Source: Pseudovirgaria hyperparasitica | Taxonomy: Eukaryota | Assembly (NCBI GenBank): GCA_010093815.1 | Contig: ML996567.1 | Reading direction: 5' to 3' (one strand) | Length of the DNA: 64,000 bases | Shown: piece after piece, positions 35,853 through 48,246 of the stretch | How the letters are laid out: each line of letters begins with the position of its first letter | Position numbering within the stretch: position 1 is the first letter of the stretch | Made by a program: the position numbers and the translations under genes | Notes under the pieces: generated by a model | What the model was told of the DNA's origin: nothing | Database searches by the model: none | Seen by the model: only the letters and a program-made list of their open reading frames with translations

Positions 35853-37878
35853 ATGCCTCCTTTTAAAGATGACCAGATTATCGTATGCCGTTCTCTTTTC
35901 AGCAACAATATCCTATGCTACCACTAATCACAATGTTTTCAGATTATCTCCCCCGGTTCCGAGACGACGCTCGCGCAATTAGGTTTACCAGAGTCGTTTA
36001 CCCCTGCCGCTTTTCGCATACGGTCGCGCATGTTCCCAGGCGAGAAGGCAGGAGAATGGGAACCAAACAAGATCAGGAAGAAAGGCGGACCTGGTGCGCA
36101 TGGTGCAAATGGGAGCACGAATGGAGATACAGAGGTTGTATATGAGGAGGACTTCATGTCAGAGGAGGGTGCAGTGTGGCCTATTGCTGGAGGGAAGATC
36201 GTCAACTGGTCGTGCTTTTTCGCTCTCATGACGCATGTTTACAACACGCTCAACCCACCTTTCCACACACCTATACTTCTCATTGCGCAACCGGTATGGA
36301 CCATGAAGGACCATGAGAAGATCACACAGTTTTTCTTTGAGCGATTCAAAATGCCAGCCTTTGCGCTCATGGATTCTGCCGTGGCTACAATGTATGCATA
36401 TGGCGTACAAAGTGCGACGGTCATAGACATTGGGAAGGGCAAATGTGATGTTACAGCTATCTCGGAATTCCTCACGCATGAGGCGGGCCGAACTGTGGCA
36501 CTAGAGAATGCAGGAGGAGAGGCTATGACCAAACGGTTATTGGAGGTCATCAAACCAAAGGACAAGCATTTCAGTAGGGACATGGCAGAACAGCTGAAGA
36601 AGAGTCCAATTTGCGAGATCTTGCCCGTCGGAACACAGTTACCAGGGCCTGCTAGTGGATCAGAAGAAGCTGTGTCAAACCCAGCGGCGGCAGCATCCAC
36701 CGGAGCTGCAGGGTCAGGACCTGGACAACGGGACACAGGAACTGCCCTTGGGGCTGTACCGCTAGGGCCAGGCCCCGACACTGTTGTTGGTGATGAGGCG
36801 AATGGAGATGATGAAAGCGAAGGAGTAATTGACGTGGCCAGCATCGTTACTGGTGGCAAGATGCAAGAATATCTTGCCAAGAAGGAGAGAGAGAAACTCG
36901 AGAAAGATAAAAACAAGAAGAAGAACGCTGCAGATGCAGCAGCAGCGAACATTGCCAAACCAGCGAGGTTGCCAAACTCGAAACGAGAAAAGGGAACGTT
37001 CATGTATGAGGATCACAAGCTTCTAGACACGTTGAAAGAGATGAACTTGAGTAAAGGTGATCTTGCTGAAATGAGGGAGAGATTAGATGAAGGTCCCAAG
37101 TCGAAAGCTGGAACAGCTGAAGAAACGACTAATGGAGACGCTACGTCGCCTGTAGCATCCGGACTTGCCAAAGCTGGTTCCATCAAGCGCGAGATCGAGG
37201 TCGGTACGGAACGATTCCAAGCTGTTAGCGGAGGCATCCTTGAAAGTATAGCCGATGCCGTTCACAAGACAATAACTTCGGTGGAAGAAGTTAATAAACG
37301 AAGCGAGCTTTGGGACTCTTTAATCATCGTTGGAAACGGAGCAAAGATCAGAGGTAATAACAGTTTTCCCAGATGAGACTATTTGCTAAGGCTCCACAGG
37401 TTTCAAAGACGCTCTAATGTCATTGTTGCAAGCCAAGTACCTCATCTCGCCCTCTTCAGCAACCATATTCACATCGGAACTTCCTTCGACCATATCAACC
37501 CCAGCAGGTACAGGCGCAAATACTCCACAACCCCAGCTTGGCCCACACGGCGGATCCGGAGTCAACCCACTACTTCTCGCTGCCACCACTGCTCAGAACC
37601 CTCACATGATGCACCCCGGGCAATCAACCCCAGCATCTATGCACTCACATAACATGCACTCTTCACACGGACAAACTCCAACGAGTATCAAAATCGCCAA
37701 GGTTCCCGAGTACTTTCCTGAATGGAAAGAAGTAGGCTACGACGAGTCTACGTTCCTGGGCGCACAAGTTGCGGCGAAGGTACTATTCGTCGTAGACCAG
37801 GGACTTGGAAAAGGATACATGACTAGGAACGACTGGAACGATTCGGGACCGACAGGCATTCACGACTTTGCTATTTAG
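35853..37878 (+). CDS. ARP9: Actin-related protein Arp9 (RSC/SWI-SNF chromatin remodelling), 3 exons: 35853-35882, 35943-37353, 37400-37878 (639 aa)
   Basis: MPPFKDDQIIIISPGSETTLAQLGLPESFTP start typical of fungal Arp9; actin-fold motifs WPIAGGKIVNW, ITQFFFERF, VIDIG, EVGTERF, LWDSLIIVGNG; PEYFPEWK and FLGAQVAAK. Confidence 0.88.
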
Positions 37879-38905
37879 ACGGTCTTTAGTCCTGGGGGAA
37901 AAGTTCGTTTAGGGTTAGGCTGGGGGTTTGGGCGTTTGGTGGGCAATGCTGGCACTAGTTGGTGTATAACATTACACGTAGCTTCTTGCTGTTTGGAATA
38001 ATGTTCAACAGGCGAAAGAGTAAATCTCTAACACTTCAAGTGTGACTAACTAAGCATTGACCAAGTATTTGCTATCTGCTCCTATACGACAGGGCAGATA
38101 TTAGAAGAAATCGCGTTCAAGAATACATCCAGTGAGGGGAAACTGCCTTCTGCTTCATGAAACCAGCATTTTGACAATCTCAAGACCTTCTCCCTCATTT
38201 GAGCGCACTCGCAACTCAATCGCATGAAGACAAATTTAACACCGCGGTATCTATCGCTTCAAGATACTAGTACTTCTCAGCATTGCTTGGACATTCCAAC
38301 TTGCGAATGGGAGTCAACAATAGAAGATAAATCAACTGCCGTTCCTTGACTGTACGTTGATTGAAGAGCACATCTGAATATCTCTGTCAAGTCAGACCTG
38401 TTATGGAAATCTTAAGGCACCGAGAGGAATACTTCGTCGATGAGGCAGAAACACTTGAGTTCAGTGTGCGAGAAGACTTTGGCTACAAAATCTGTATCAT
38501 TGATCATTGATTGAGCATGCCACCACGTGAAGCCTAGTTGTGGCTGCTGTGGCTATTGCGGCGTTTTCTCCACATCTATATTCGGTTAGTTGCACGATTC
38601 CCATCGATGGCTCACTTAGCTCGAGACGTCATTGAGCCGTTGGCCAATCAGATGGGAGCTCCCGACATCAGCTTGAGCTCCCCAGCGCAACCTGCCGGAA
38701 GACTTCCAACCTCCAACCTCCTCTCCACCTCGCTTCATCAACCATACAGGCGCATTAATCCATCCTTTGCGCATCAAAACTACTCAGTCTTGCGCCCATA
38801 CCGGTAGTGTTCATCTGACTGTCAACAGACGATATACTAAGACCTTGATTGGTGCTTGGCGCTTGGCGGAGCTACCCTCAGGGTGAAAGGAAACATATAT
38901 CAACC

Positions 38906-39717
38906 ATGTCTGAAAAGAACATTGAGAAGGGCGACCAGGGTAAGTTGGTGTAGAAAGCCTAGTGGAACTTTGCATCTCCCATTTGTTGATTTGCGCATAT
39001 CCATGTCCACTCAAGACCTCATTAGTCATACTCTATGCGCGCTTTATGCGCCTATGAAGTAATATGCTAATATTTATGTTTGAAGTCTCCTGGAACTGGG
39101 GAAATGGCAAGCCGGGTGGTGAAGTCGCTGAAGTTGCTGACAAGGGTGAAATTGCCATCGAGTCGCACCGTGGTAACACAATCAAGAAGAACGCTGAGCC
39201 AGACAATCCAGCTGTCCATATCGCTCGTCCTGGTAACGATGTTGTCAAGCGTGCCAATGAATTGAACCTCGAAGAGAAAGCAAATGGCACCACGAACACA
39301 GACGATGAGCAGAATGAGAAGGCCGATGGCAAGTCCGAGCAAAAAGAGGGAGATAAAGAGGAAGAATCAAAGGAAGAGAAGATAGATGAAGAAGCCGAGA
39401 AGAAAGAGGAAGAGGACAACCATGACGACAAAACGAACGGTGAGGAAGACATCGAAAAGAAGGGCGACAAGAAAAAGGAGTCTACCACTGGGGAGAAGCG
39501 CAAGGCAGGTGCCGTTGAAAATGGCCACAAGAAGGATGACAAGACCTCGGATGACGCGCCCGCATCTAAGCAACAGAAAACTGCGGATGAACCGAAGAAG
39601 GCTCGCGGTAGACCTGCAAAGAATGGCGAGAAAAAAGAACCAACCAAGAAAAAGGAGCCTAAAAAAGCCGCCACAGAGAGTGGTGAGCCACGACGCAGTG
39701 GTCGAAATCGCGGTTAA
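38906..39717 (+). CDS. HVA1-like Tudor-domain (DUF2945-type) protein with long charged tail and AT-hook, 2 exons: 38906-38939, 39086-39717 (221 aa)
   Basis: Spliced MSEKNIEKGDQVSWNWGNGKPGGEVAEV...IESHRGNTIKKNAEPDNPAVHIARPGNDVVKRANEL; K/E-rich tail; ARGRPAK near the C-terminus. Confidence 0.78.
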
Positions 39718-40901
39718 ACGTTGGCCGCATAGTTACCAAAACATACCTACTTCGAGGCTCGATTGTCAAATAAGCCGAGTCCCTTCTTCGACTTCTCTGG
39801 TTGCTGGGTTGGACATGGGTCAAAAGGGTTGGAAGACAGGTATGTTTTGACGGAACAGCGTTCGCGTGGTCTGTCTTCTTGCACACAAAATTCTTTCCTT
39901 GCTCGTACTTCCAAGTGTAACATAGCACCGTCTGGTATGGCCTACGCTCTGCGTTGGGTGTTCTTTAATGTACACATTTGCGTGATGTCTGCCGCTATGT
40001 ATTCCGAGAACAACATCGTCGACTTCGGGATCGGCCGGGATCTGACGATAAGGTATCATGGGCAGTGAAGAGACATCAGGGTTGTGGAAGACATTCATCT
40101 ATAGCTTCGTCAGTATCTGGTCAAAAAGTTTTAAGTATAACTTGGAGTGATTTCACAGCATCTCAGTGAAAGATTCTCGATCATTGTATGTCAGTTCCGT
40201 CTTGAAACATATTGAAAGTAAAATGTTCATCATGGCAACGCCCAGGGGCGCGAAGAGGTAGAGGATACAGATGGAAATTTACTGCTTACTGTATGTTATA
40301 GCAAAGTTGTTGGCAAGTATATTCTACCAGCAACCTTCTTGTCGAAATGTGGCTCGAAAAAGTGAAGGATGGTGAAAGAAAGATTTTAGGCGACGGGTTA
40401 GCCTTTGCCGGTGCCGATGAGAGTCTATGCGTTGGCACGTCTTAGTATTGAGAGCAGGAGCTCTGTAACACGAGCCCCACTAAAGTTTCACTTTGTGTGG
40501 AAAGATGTTACGATGTCAAAATATCGCCTGGAAAATGTATTTTCGTGAGGCTGGACTACCAAAGTCCGTGAGGTGTGCACCCCCGGCCCCTTGCAGGTGC
40601 CTTAGGTAGACATGACGTCGTGGTGGGGCGAGTCATCTTGACTGCAGGTGCGGACAGGTAGAGGGGCGTTTGCTACAAAAACCAACAAATCTCAGCAGAA
40701 ATATCGCCTCGTTCAATACTTCTCAACATCTTCTGACACTTCGATCAATCACTGTAAGTCTACTCACGGGTTACTTTCAGCTTCTACGCAAATGCTAATA
40801 ATACACAGACTACCCTAAGCTTTCAAACAGTAAGCTCTACGGACCTAGTTAGCTTCATTCGATCTGCATCTCTAACCATTACCCAGCTCAAATCAGCCAG
40901 A

Positions 40902-41111
40902 ATGTCTGCCCCAAACCAAGGCCGCCAATCGCCTGACCCAGAGAACCAGACCAGCGACCAAGCTGGCACTCAAGCGAAGCCGAACGACCAGGGCGGCGCC
41001 CCCGCTGGCAGCAACGATTCCAAGGACGCTTCGGACAAGACGAAGAGTGGTCTTGAGTCTAACCCTACTCACATACTCGAGAAAGCTGCACAAGACAAGA
41101 CGGCAAAGTGA
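40902..41111 (+). CDS. Small hydrophilic protein, 69 aa (hydrophilin/stress-protein-like), preceded by two 5' UTR introns
   Basis: MSAPNQGRQSPDPE...LESNPTHILE has a G/Q/S/D/K-rich composition. UTR introns are 40754-40808 (GTAAGT..GCTAAT..CAG) and 40830-40886 (GTAAGC..CTAAC..CAG). Confidence 0.75.
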   Translation: MSAPNQGRQSPDPENQTSDQAGTQAKPNDQGGAPAGSNDSKDASDKTKSGLESNPTHILEKAAQDKTAK

Positions 41112-41284
41112 AAGGTTCCCAGCATGATGTAACGGTGGATGTTGGAATGATCTTAACGTGCCAGCTTGATGGCTTCGTAGATCGTACCTTACGATGAACA
41201 CAATCAATGATACCTTACCCTGACCGCGTGGTTGCTAGGAGTGCTGGATTTGTCTTTATCTTGTGTGACTCTTAATTCGGACAT

Positions 41285-42409
41285 CTAGTAATCGTAGAAT
41301 CCTTTCCCACTCTTCTTACCAAGCCAGCCAGCGTCAACCATTTTCCTTAGTAGCACAGCAGGCCTATACTTGCTATCACCCGTCTCTTCGTATAGAACCT
41401 TCATGATAGCCAAGCATGTGTCAATGCCAATGAAATCCGCCAGTTGTAAAGGACCCATCGGAACATTCGTCCCATTCTTCATGATACTGTCAATGTCGTC
41501 TCGTTTGCCAACTCCAGTTTCGAGGCATATGATGGCCTCATTGATATATGGCATCAATATCCTATTTGCAAGAAACCCAGGCGAGTCTGCGCTCTGCGAA
41601 GGAATCTTGCCCATCTTTCTGCACAGATCAAGTGCTGTATCAATGGTATCTTGTGAAGTCTGCAGTCCAATGATGATTTCTACGCCCTTCTGGACAGGTA
41701 CTGGGTTCATGAAGTGTGTACTGATGACACGAGATGGAGCCGAAAGGTTTGTCGGGTCTTTAGATGTCGCCGCCGCAATCTTCGTGATAGATATAGAGGA
41801 GGTATTGGTAGCGAGAATAGCGTGCGAGGGACAGATCTCGGCGAGCTGGCCGAAAATCTTGTTCTTCAAGTCTGGTATTTCCTGATTTACCGGTCAGTTT
41901 GTGCAACAAAGCGAGCGTTTAAGTAATCCTACAGGAACAGCTTCAATGACGAAATCAACGTCAGACAAATCCTCCATCTTCGTACTTGGTATCAGGAGCT
42001 GACGAATTGATGTCGCTTGTTCTTTCGTGATCCTCTCCTTACCAACATCCTTCTGAAGCAGTTTATCTAGGACGTGTCAATTGAGTTTCGAGTATGACAT
42101 TATTTCGGTGCCGACCTGCAAACTTCAAGCCTTTGTCTAGAGATGCCTGAGAGTTATCAATAACCCTGACCGTGAGCCCTGCTTTTTGCGCAGCAACAAG
42201 CGCTATTCCTAAGCCCTACACTCTGTCAGCTATGCGACTGGGTCCTTCAGTTCTCTACATGCTCATAGGCATACCATCTGCCCAGCACCAATAACCCCTA
42301 TTTTCTTGACCTCCGCAGCGGCAGCATTCACAGGGGAGCTGCTAAAGTTTCGACATGTGATTGCTTTTGATGCACGCAGTATGTGCCGCGGGGTTCTCAG
42401 AGACAACAT
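41285..42409 (-). CDS. Mitochondrial 3-hydroxybutyryl/3-hydroxyacyl-CoA dehydrogenase, 4 exons: 42409-42275, 42215-42116, 42066-41933, 41881-41285 (321 aa)
   Basis: Presequence, then KIGVIGAGQMGLGIA; VDFVIEAVPE; ILATNTSSISI; catalytic HFMNPVPV; PGFLANRIL; PMGPLQLADFIGID; GWLGKKSGKGFY. Confidence 0.95.
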
Positions 42410-42584
42410 GGTGATTACATGCGTAACAAAGGATGTTGTGTTATGGGGAGAAGATTGTTGGACAACTGATTAGGTTGTAATTCAAAGATCCTGTGACCGA
42501 TGCAAACCGAGCAAGCTCCCACCTCGGCTTCTGACGTCTCGGTATGGGTACCGCAGCACAGGCCACCCGGCTGCTTCCCCACGC

Positions 42585-42656
42585 ACGCGTGGTGTTGTAA
42601 TGGGCTGACTACCGGCCACTTTAGCGGCGGGATAGGCGCGTCGTCGCAGGACGCGT
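42585..42656. promoter_or_regulatory. Two MCB-like (ACGCGT) cell-cycle boxes upstream of TOF1
   Basis: ACGCGT at 42585-42590 and 42651-42656, plus a GCGCGT variant between them, 50-120 nt upstream of the TOF1 ATG. Confidence 0.55.
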
Positions 42657-42704
42657 CTTGATTTCGAGATTCATCAGCAAATACAGCTACAGCATTGCAC
42701 AGCC

Positions 42705-45700
42705 ATGGATCCTCACGACGAAGACGATTACGATGCTACGCTGGAGGAAAGAATCAGCGCGTATTTGTTCAGTCTAGTGTCAGCCGTAAGTCCAGACAGC
42801 TCCTGATTCCTCCTACTAGCCTCTGACTTGACTAACGCGGATGTTAGATTGGTGGAAGCAGTGCGGAAGACGATGGACGATATCGAGCCGGCGAAGAGGC
42901 ACTGTACTGCCTACGAGATATACGAAAATTAATCACTGCTTTCGACATCAAGAAGAACCGTTTCGACGTAGCAAGAGCAGCAGCAGAGGCCAATCTTGTT
43001 CAAGGAGATTTGCTTGAACTTCTGGCGCAATGGAACGGCGAAGAGCACGACTCGATTGGGGCTCACAGGACTGTTGTTGCGGCTCGTATGTCCAAGGAAT
43101 TTCATATACTGCTCAGTCCTAACTTCAATAGTTGAGATTCTCGTTCATCTGACCTGGCCAATTGAGATCGAGCCCGAAGACATGACCGTGAATCACCACA
43201 GACACCTACCATACCTACGTTTATCGCAGGCGGAATATAAGCGTGCAATACTACACCACCCGAGTTCGCGAATCTTGAACTCGGCGGTACGAGCTTCCCT
43301 ACCGGCTATGGCCGAGTCTCGCAAAGAGCGTTCACTACGAGACGAAAGCATCATTAGAATTCTTATATGTCTAATGAGGAATGTTGCCGCTCTCTCGCAC
43401 CCCATGAATGTCGATACAGATTTCGATGACGCTGAGGTGTCTAGATCAGCAGTTATAGACGCGTTTCAACAACAGGATGTATTCCAGGTTCTCTTAACCA
43501 TGTCTTCGAGTACGGGCGAGGATTTCGTGGACCAGGACGTGATTTTACTGGAAACACTTTTTCACTTGATCAAGGGTGTAAATGTGGAGAAGTTATTCCT
43601 GGATGAGCAAAAGCTGAGCAGCGCAAACACAAAAGACTTCAAGAACCTCCTGAACAAGGAGAAGGCAATGCTTGCAGGGTATACCAAAACTGCCCCTACA
43701 CGACACAACCGGTTTGGAACTATGATATGGATTAAGAGAGAAGACTACAAGGTCCACACAATTTCTGGACAAGACGTCCTGGGAAACGCTCAACGCAGTC
43801 TCCAAAAAATGGATAAAACGAAGAAGTGGAACAAGCCAAAATACAAGGGACGAAAGACGGAAGGGGTTGATAAGGAGAGCGTAAGTATAACCGAATCCAG
43901 AGTAACGCGATTACTTATTTGTTCACCAGACAGAGTTTGATCGCATCACACATCTCGACAGCACGGCGCGCAAGAACCTACGTACCTTTGTAGAAGACTT
44001 CCTCGATTCGTCATTTAACCCGCTTTTCTCCCATCTCCGTCGCGCTATCGAACGCGAGGAGAAGCGCGTCGAAAGGCGCCACTCCGCTCAATTCTTCTAT
44101 GTCGTGTCTTGGTTTCTCCAAGCTGAATGTATACGTCGGCGGAAGATTCGTCAAGCACGTGAGCAGTCGAAAGGTGCAGGCAGTACTGCACAACAAGAAG
44201 ATGAGGGTTTTGGTCTTATCGCTAGCGTTATGACCCAAGAAACTTTCGTGCTCCTTAACCGCTTCATGCAACGTAGCCATGATGATAAGCTCTGGACAGA
44301 CCTAAAGGCCAGTATGAGAGCGTTTACACAAATTCTGCTTACCGTGCAAGAAATGTCGGAATCGCCCTCGGAGGACGATCAGGACATTGCTGAGAATATC
44401 TTGAATCGTATCTTCTACGAAGAGTCAACGCATGATCGCATTGTCACTTTGCTGCGTAGCTACACTACACAGGGCTTCAGCTATCTCGATGCCGTTACTG
44501 AGCTCTCACATGTGTTCTTACGAATGCTAGAACGTTACTCGAAGCAGAACGTTGACTTACAAGTACGATCAAAGCGGAGAGCGCGAAAGAAGAAGAAGCA
44601 AGTTGAGGTCGAGACGGACGGAGTCGACAATTCTACTGTCGACCGAGCTGAAGAAGCAGAGGACATGGCCGAAGCCCAAAGAACAGTGTCTGAACGGAAG
44701 TTCGATTTCACTCGTTTCGCTGCTCGTTTCATGCAACAGGGCAGCGTCGATACCTTTATCGCCTTTCTCAAATTCTACAACGACCTAAACGAGGAACAGC
44801 TCAAGCGTGCCCATCGCTTCCTATACCGTCTGGCATTCAAGATGGAAATGGCCATTATCCTCTACCGAGTGGATATCTTGTACTTGTTTAACAAGATGAT
44901 CAAAGGACCGGAAGGTCTTGATTCTGAGCAGGCTTCTTTCAAGGAGTGGGAGGAATTAATCAAGCAGGTCTTCCGACGTGCCGTGAAGAAGATACAGGAG
45001 CGGCCTGAGCTGGTTGTTGAGATGCTGTTTAGCAAGATCAACCCTACACTATACTACCTCGAGCACGGCCACGAGAAGGAGACCATAACCCGTGCCCCCC
45101 GTGCACCTGCGGAACTTGAAGTCAGGCCAGGCATGGAACGCGACGAGCAGGTCGGTGTAGCAGTATCCATCCTCATCAATCAGAGCAAATCCGATGCCCT
45201 GCAATGGATCAAAGACTCGCTGTCCTCGGCCGCGGACGAACGTAAGAGTTGGGAGTCCGCGGAGGCCGCTCGAAAAGCCCTTGCTCGCTCTGCTTTACCT
45301 CCAGCCGACGATCTTGACGAGCTCCTTATCGATGCGACAGGAAAGCCGTCTGCCGAATCCACCCCTGAACCCCCTCAAATCACCCTGGAACCTGACTCCG
45401 AAGACCGCCGCCTCGCCCTGTTCAAAGACAACAAACTCCGCCTTCTCCTCTCTCTCCTTTCCTTCACACTCACATCCACCCCTTCAGACCCACAAGCCAC
45501 ATGGGCAATCCCATCGTCTCTCTCCGCCGAGGCCCTCACCGCATCCCTCGACCTAATCCGTAAACTCGAGCGCGACCCTCCTGTATTCGAGGAAGGAAAA
45601 CCACCCGAGTCCTTTCTGCGCAGCAAGGCAGCAGCTGCCCGTCGCCGTGCCGAATTCGATGATGATTCGTCAGCAGATGATGATCAAGAGCTCTCCCTTT

Positions 45701-46581
45701 TCGAACCTGGAGGACCAAGCAAAAGCACACCATCCGCCGAAGCGCAACTTGCAAAGCTAAAACGTAAACGAGCACGTAAGCAACGGCGTACCGACCCTAC
45801 TGAGCTTGATGAGGAAACACTTAGAGCACGAGCAAAAGCGCGAAGAGAACAGGAGCGGTTGAAGCGGAGCAAGATCAAGAGTCAGCTGACTATTGAAGAC
45901 AGCGACGAGGATAACGAAGACGACGAAGAATTTTTCCGCCGTGAAGCTGAACTCCGCGAGCGCACAAAAGCAAACTTCAGACGCGCAATGGCGGGCTTCA
46001 AAGACTCACCAAAAGGTTCTTCCATACCATCCACCCCCCTCGAATCCCATAAGAGGGCGCACTCCGACCTCCCCAACGATAAATCCCGCAAGAAACGCCG
46101 CGGCACACCCGTCTCGGAAGATCTGAGGTCCGACTCGGAGAACGCTTCGGACGGCATCGAAGACAACGACGGAGGACCGCACCGCAGTGACTTTAGCGAC
46201 GACTCTCACCCCAGCACTCCTCCGACACCAAGTCACATGTCCACACCACCGAGTCCCGGAAGCCCAGCTAATGACAAACCACGAAAGCGAAAGTTTATTA
46301 AAAAGGCTCGAGTAGTGCCGGATGACCCTGAGGAGGAAACCACGGCGCTGGAAACAGACACTGCGCCGAGGGTGCCGCCGCGGCTTGGGGATTCGGATAA
46401 GGAGAATCGGTATGGGAGCGCTTATGAGAACAAGGAGAGTCGCAATGAGATTCGAGAGGTGCGAATGGCGGATGCGGCCATGAGTAACGATGACGATTAT
46501 GACGACGATGTGGTTATCACACGTGCACCTCCCGTTGCGAGGACAAGGGGTGGGTTTGTGATTGACAGCGATTCAGAATAG
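42705..46581 (+). CDS. TOF1: Replication fork protection factor Tof1/Swi1/Timeless, 4 exons: 42705-42785, 42848-43085, 43132-43880, 43930-46581 (about 1239 aa)
   Basis: SLVSAIGG...YRAGEEALYCLRDIRK; NLVQGDLL; LEILVHLTWP; TRHNRFGTMIW; FLDSSFNPLF; NILNRIFYEE; VSERKFDF; acidic/basic disordered C-terminus. Confidence 0.92.
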
Positions 46582-47189
46582 GGGGGATATGAATAGTCAC
46601 AGGACGGGGTAGCGCGGCGTTCGGCAGGTCCCGAGTTCGAGCCATTTATGTGTAAAAGGAGTTCATGTATGATCCAGGCATATTTTTAGGGTGTTAGAGT
46701 ACTCGTCCGGCACGGCGCGTGTAGCGTGACTTTATCTGGGTATTCTGCTCATAATGCCAATTTTGGATATTGCTCGAGATGACCTAGTACCGCTATGCGT
46801 GAATGTGTGTCGTGTTTCGGAGAGACACTACCAGATGAGACGAGCTGTTATGGCTTGGCTGAGCGGAGTATAGATGTATGTGCCGGTATGACATAGTGGA
46901 GCTTTCGGCGGAGTGGAATGGAGCGGAGTGCGCGTATAGGTGTCAAACGTTGATATCGATACATGCCTCCCTCTTATCCAGGACATTATTTTTGACTGAA
47001 TTACTCTCTGGATTACTAACTTCCTTGCTTGTCTTCCCCCTTCCCACTGCTTCATCTTCCATTCCCAACTGCCTTCCTTGCATTATAGTCTATTGAACAC
47101 CGCTGATGATACCTCCGCAGCAGCAGTTTTCGCCCTCCGGAAGCGCCACACACGGTACGACACGGTACTGTATGTCAGTCAGTCACTCT

Positions 47190-48055
47190 ATCTTATAATT
47201 AATACCTAGTTAGTAAGGTACGAGTTTATCTACTTTACTTTTAGAAAATAATAGAGCTATATTCTTAAGCTCTAGGGGTAGTATCCTTTAGATCTAACTT
47301 AGCGATAGCTACCTTTTCTTCTCTAAGGTCTTATAGATATCTAATATAGATACTATATTTACTATAAGAGCCTCTTTAGAGTCCTTATATTCTTTTATTA
47401 GGTCCGTCTATTCTATAGTAGTATCTAGTTTATAGTAGTTAAGATCTTTATCTATCTATTACTTTATCTAGCTATAGTAGAACTATTACTTATTAGATAT
47501 AGTTCTTATCTTATTATATACTTTCTATAGATTTCTAAGGATAAGCGGGAAGGCTAGATTAGATACTATATAGATATAGATATCTTATCTATAATTATCT
47601 ATTTCTATATAGAATATAATAACTCGACATGTACATGTAAGAGGAACGATACTACAAACCAGTGAATATCTTTACAATCTTAGAGACTACATCTCCGTCA
47701 GATAGTCAATTAGAGGTTTAGATGGAATTATACACACCTTGGTCCTGAAGACACGAGCGACTAAGTATGATAAGCACTCGACTACTTCCCTCGGCTAAAC
47801 CTTTAACTAGTATAGATTCTATAGTATCTATCTTAATTTTATCTAGAGCTTAGATATAGACTAGATAGAGCATATATAGTATCTAATACTTTATTACGGC
47901 TCCGCTAGATCTATAATAGAGACTACTTTACTATATATTATAACTCTATAGTATACTATATATATTTATTATATTTCTAACTAGATTATTACCTTTTAAA
48001 GGTTTTATAAAGTCTATACTAATATTTATTAAGGTATATAAATATATAGCTATGT
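47190..48055. mobile_element. RIP-mutated AT-rich relic (probable transposon or duplicated-gene remnant)
   Basis: Abrupt AT-rich segment with abundant TA. CA/TG dinucleotides are nearly absent in 47190-47625 and 47795-48055 while CG survives, the CpA->TpA signature of RIP. The element family is not recognisable. Confidence 0.75.
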
Positions 48056-48246
48056 AGACGGAGATAAGTGGGTAACACGGCGGATCCGCACCCGCTAACC
48101 GCTGGGTATCTCGAACTTCACTGGACCACTGCAAGGTGGAATCAACATTGTGCGCGCCAGCCGTAGATAAGAAGCGTCTTTCCAAATCTTTCGACATTCA
48201 CACAGTCGCCTGCTATTTCGCTCTCAATGCATCGGCTTCTCTTACC

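Noticed and set aside
46601..46645. tRNA-like fragment with B-box GTTCGAGCC after TOF1
   Set aside because: Too short and no cloverleaf (no acceptor or anticodon stems); it lies in the probable TOF1 3' UTR.
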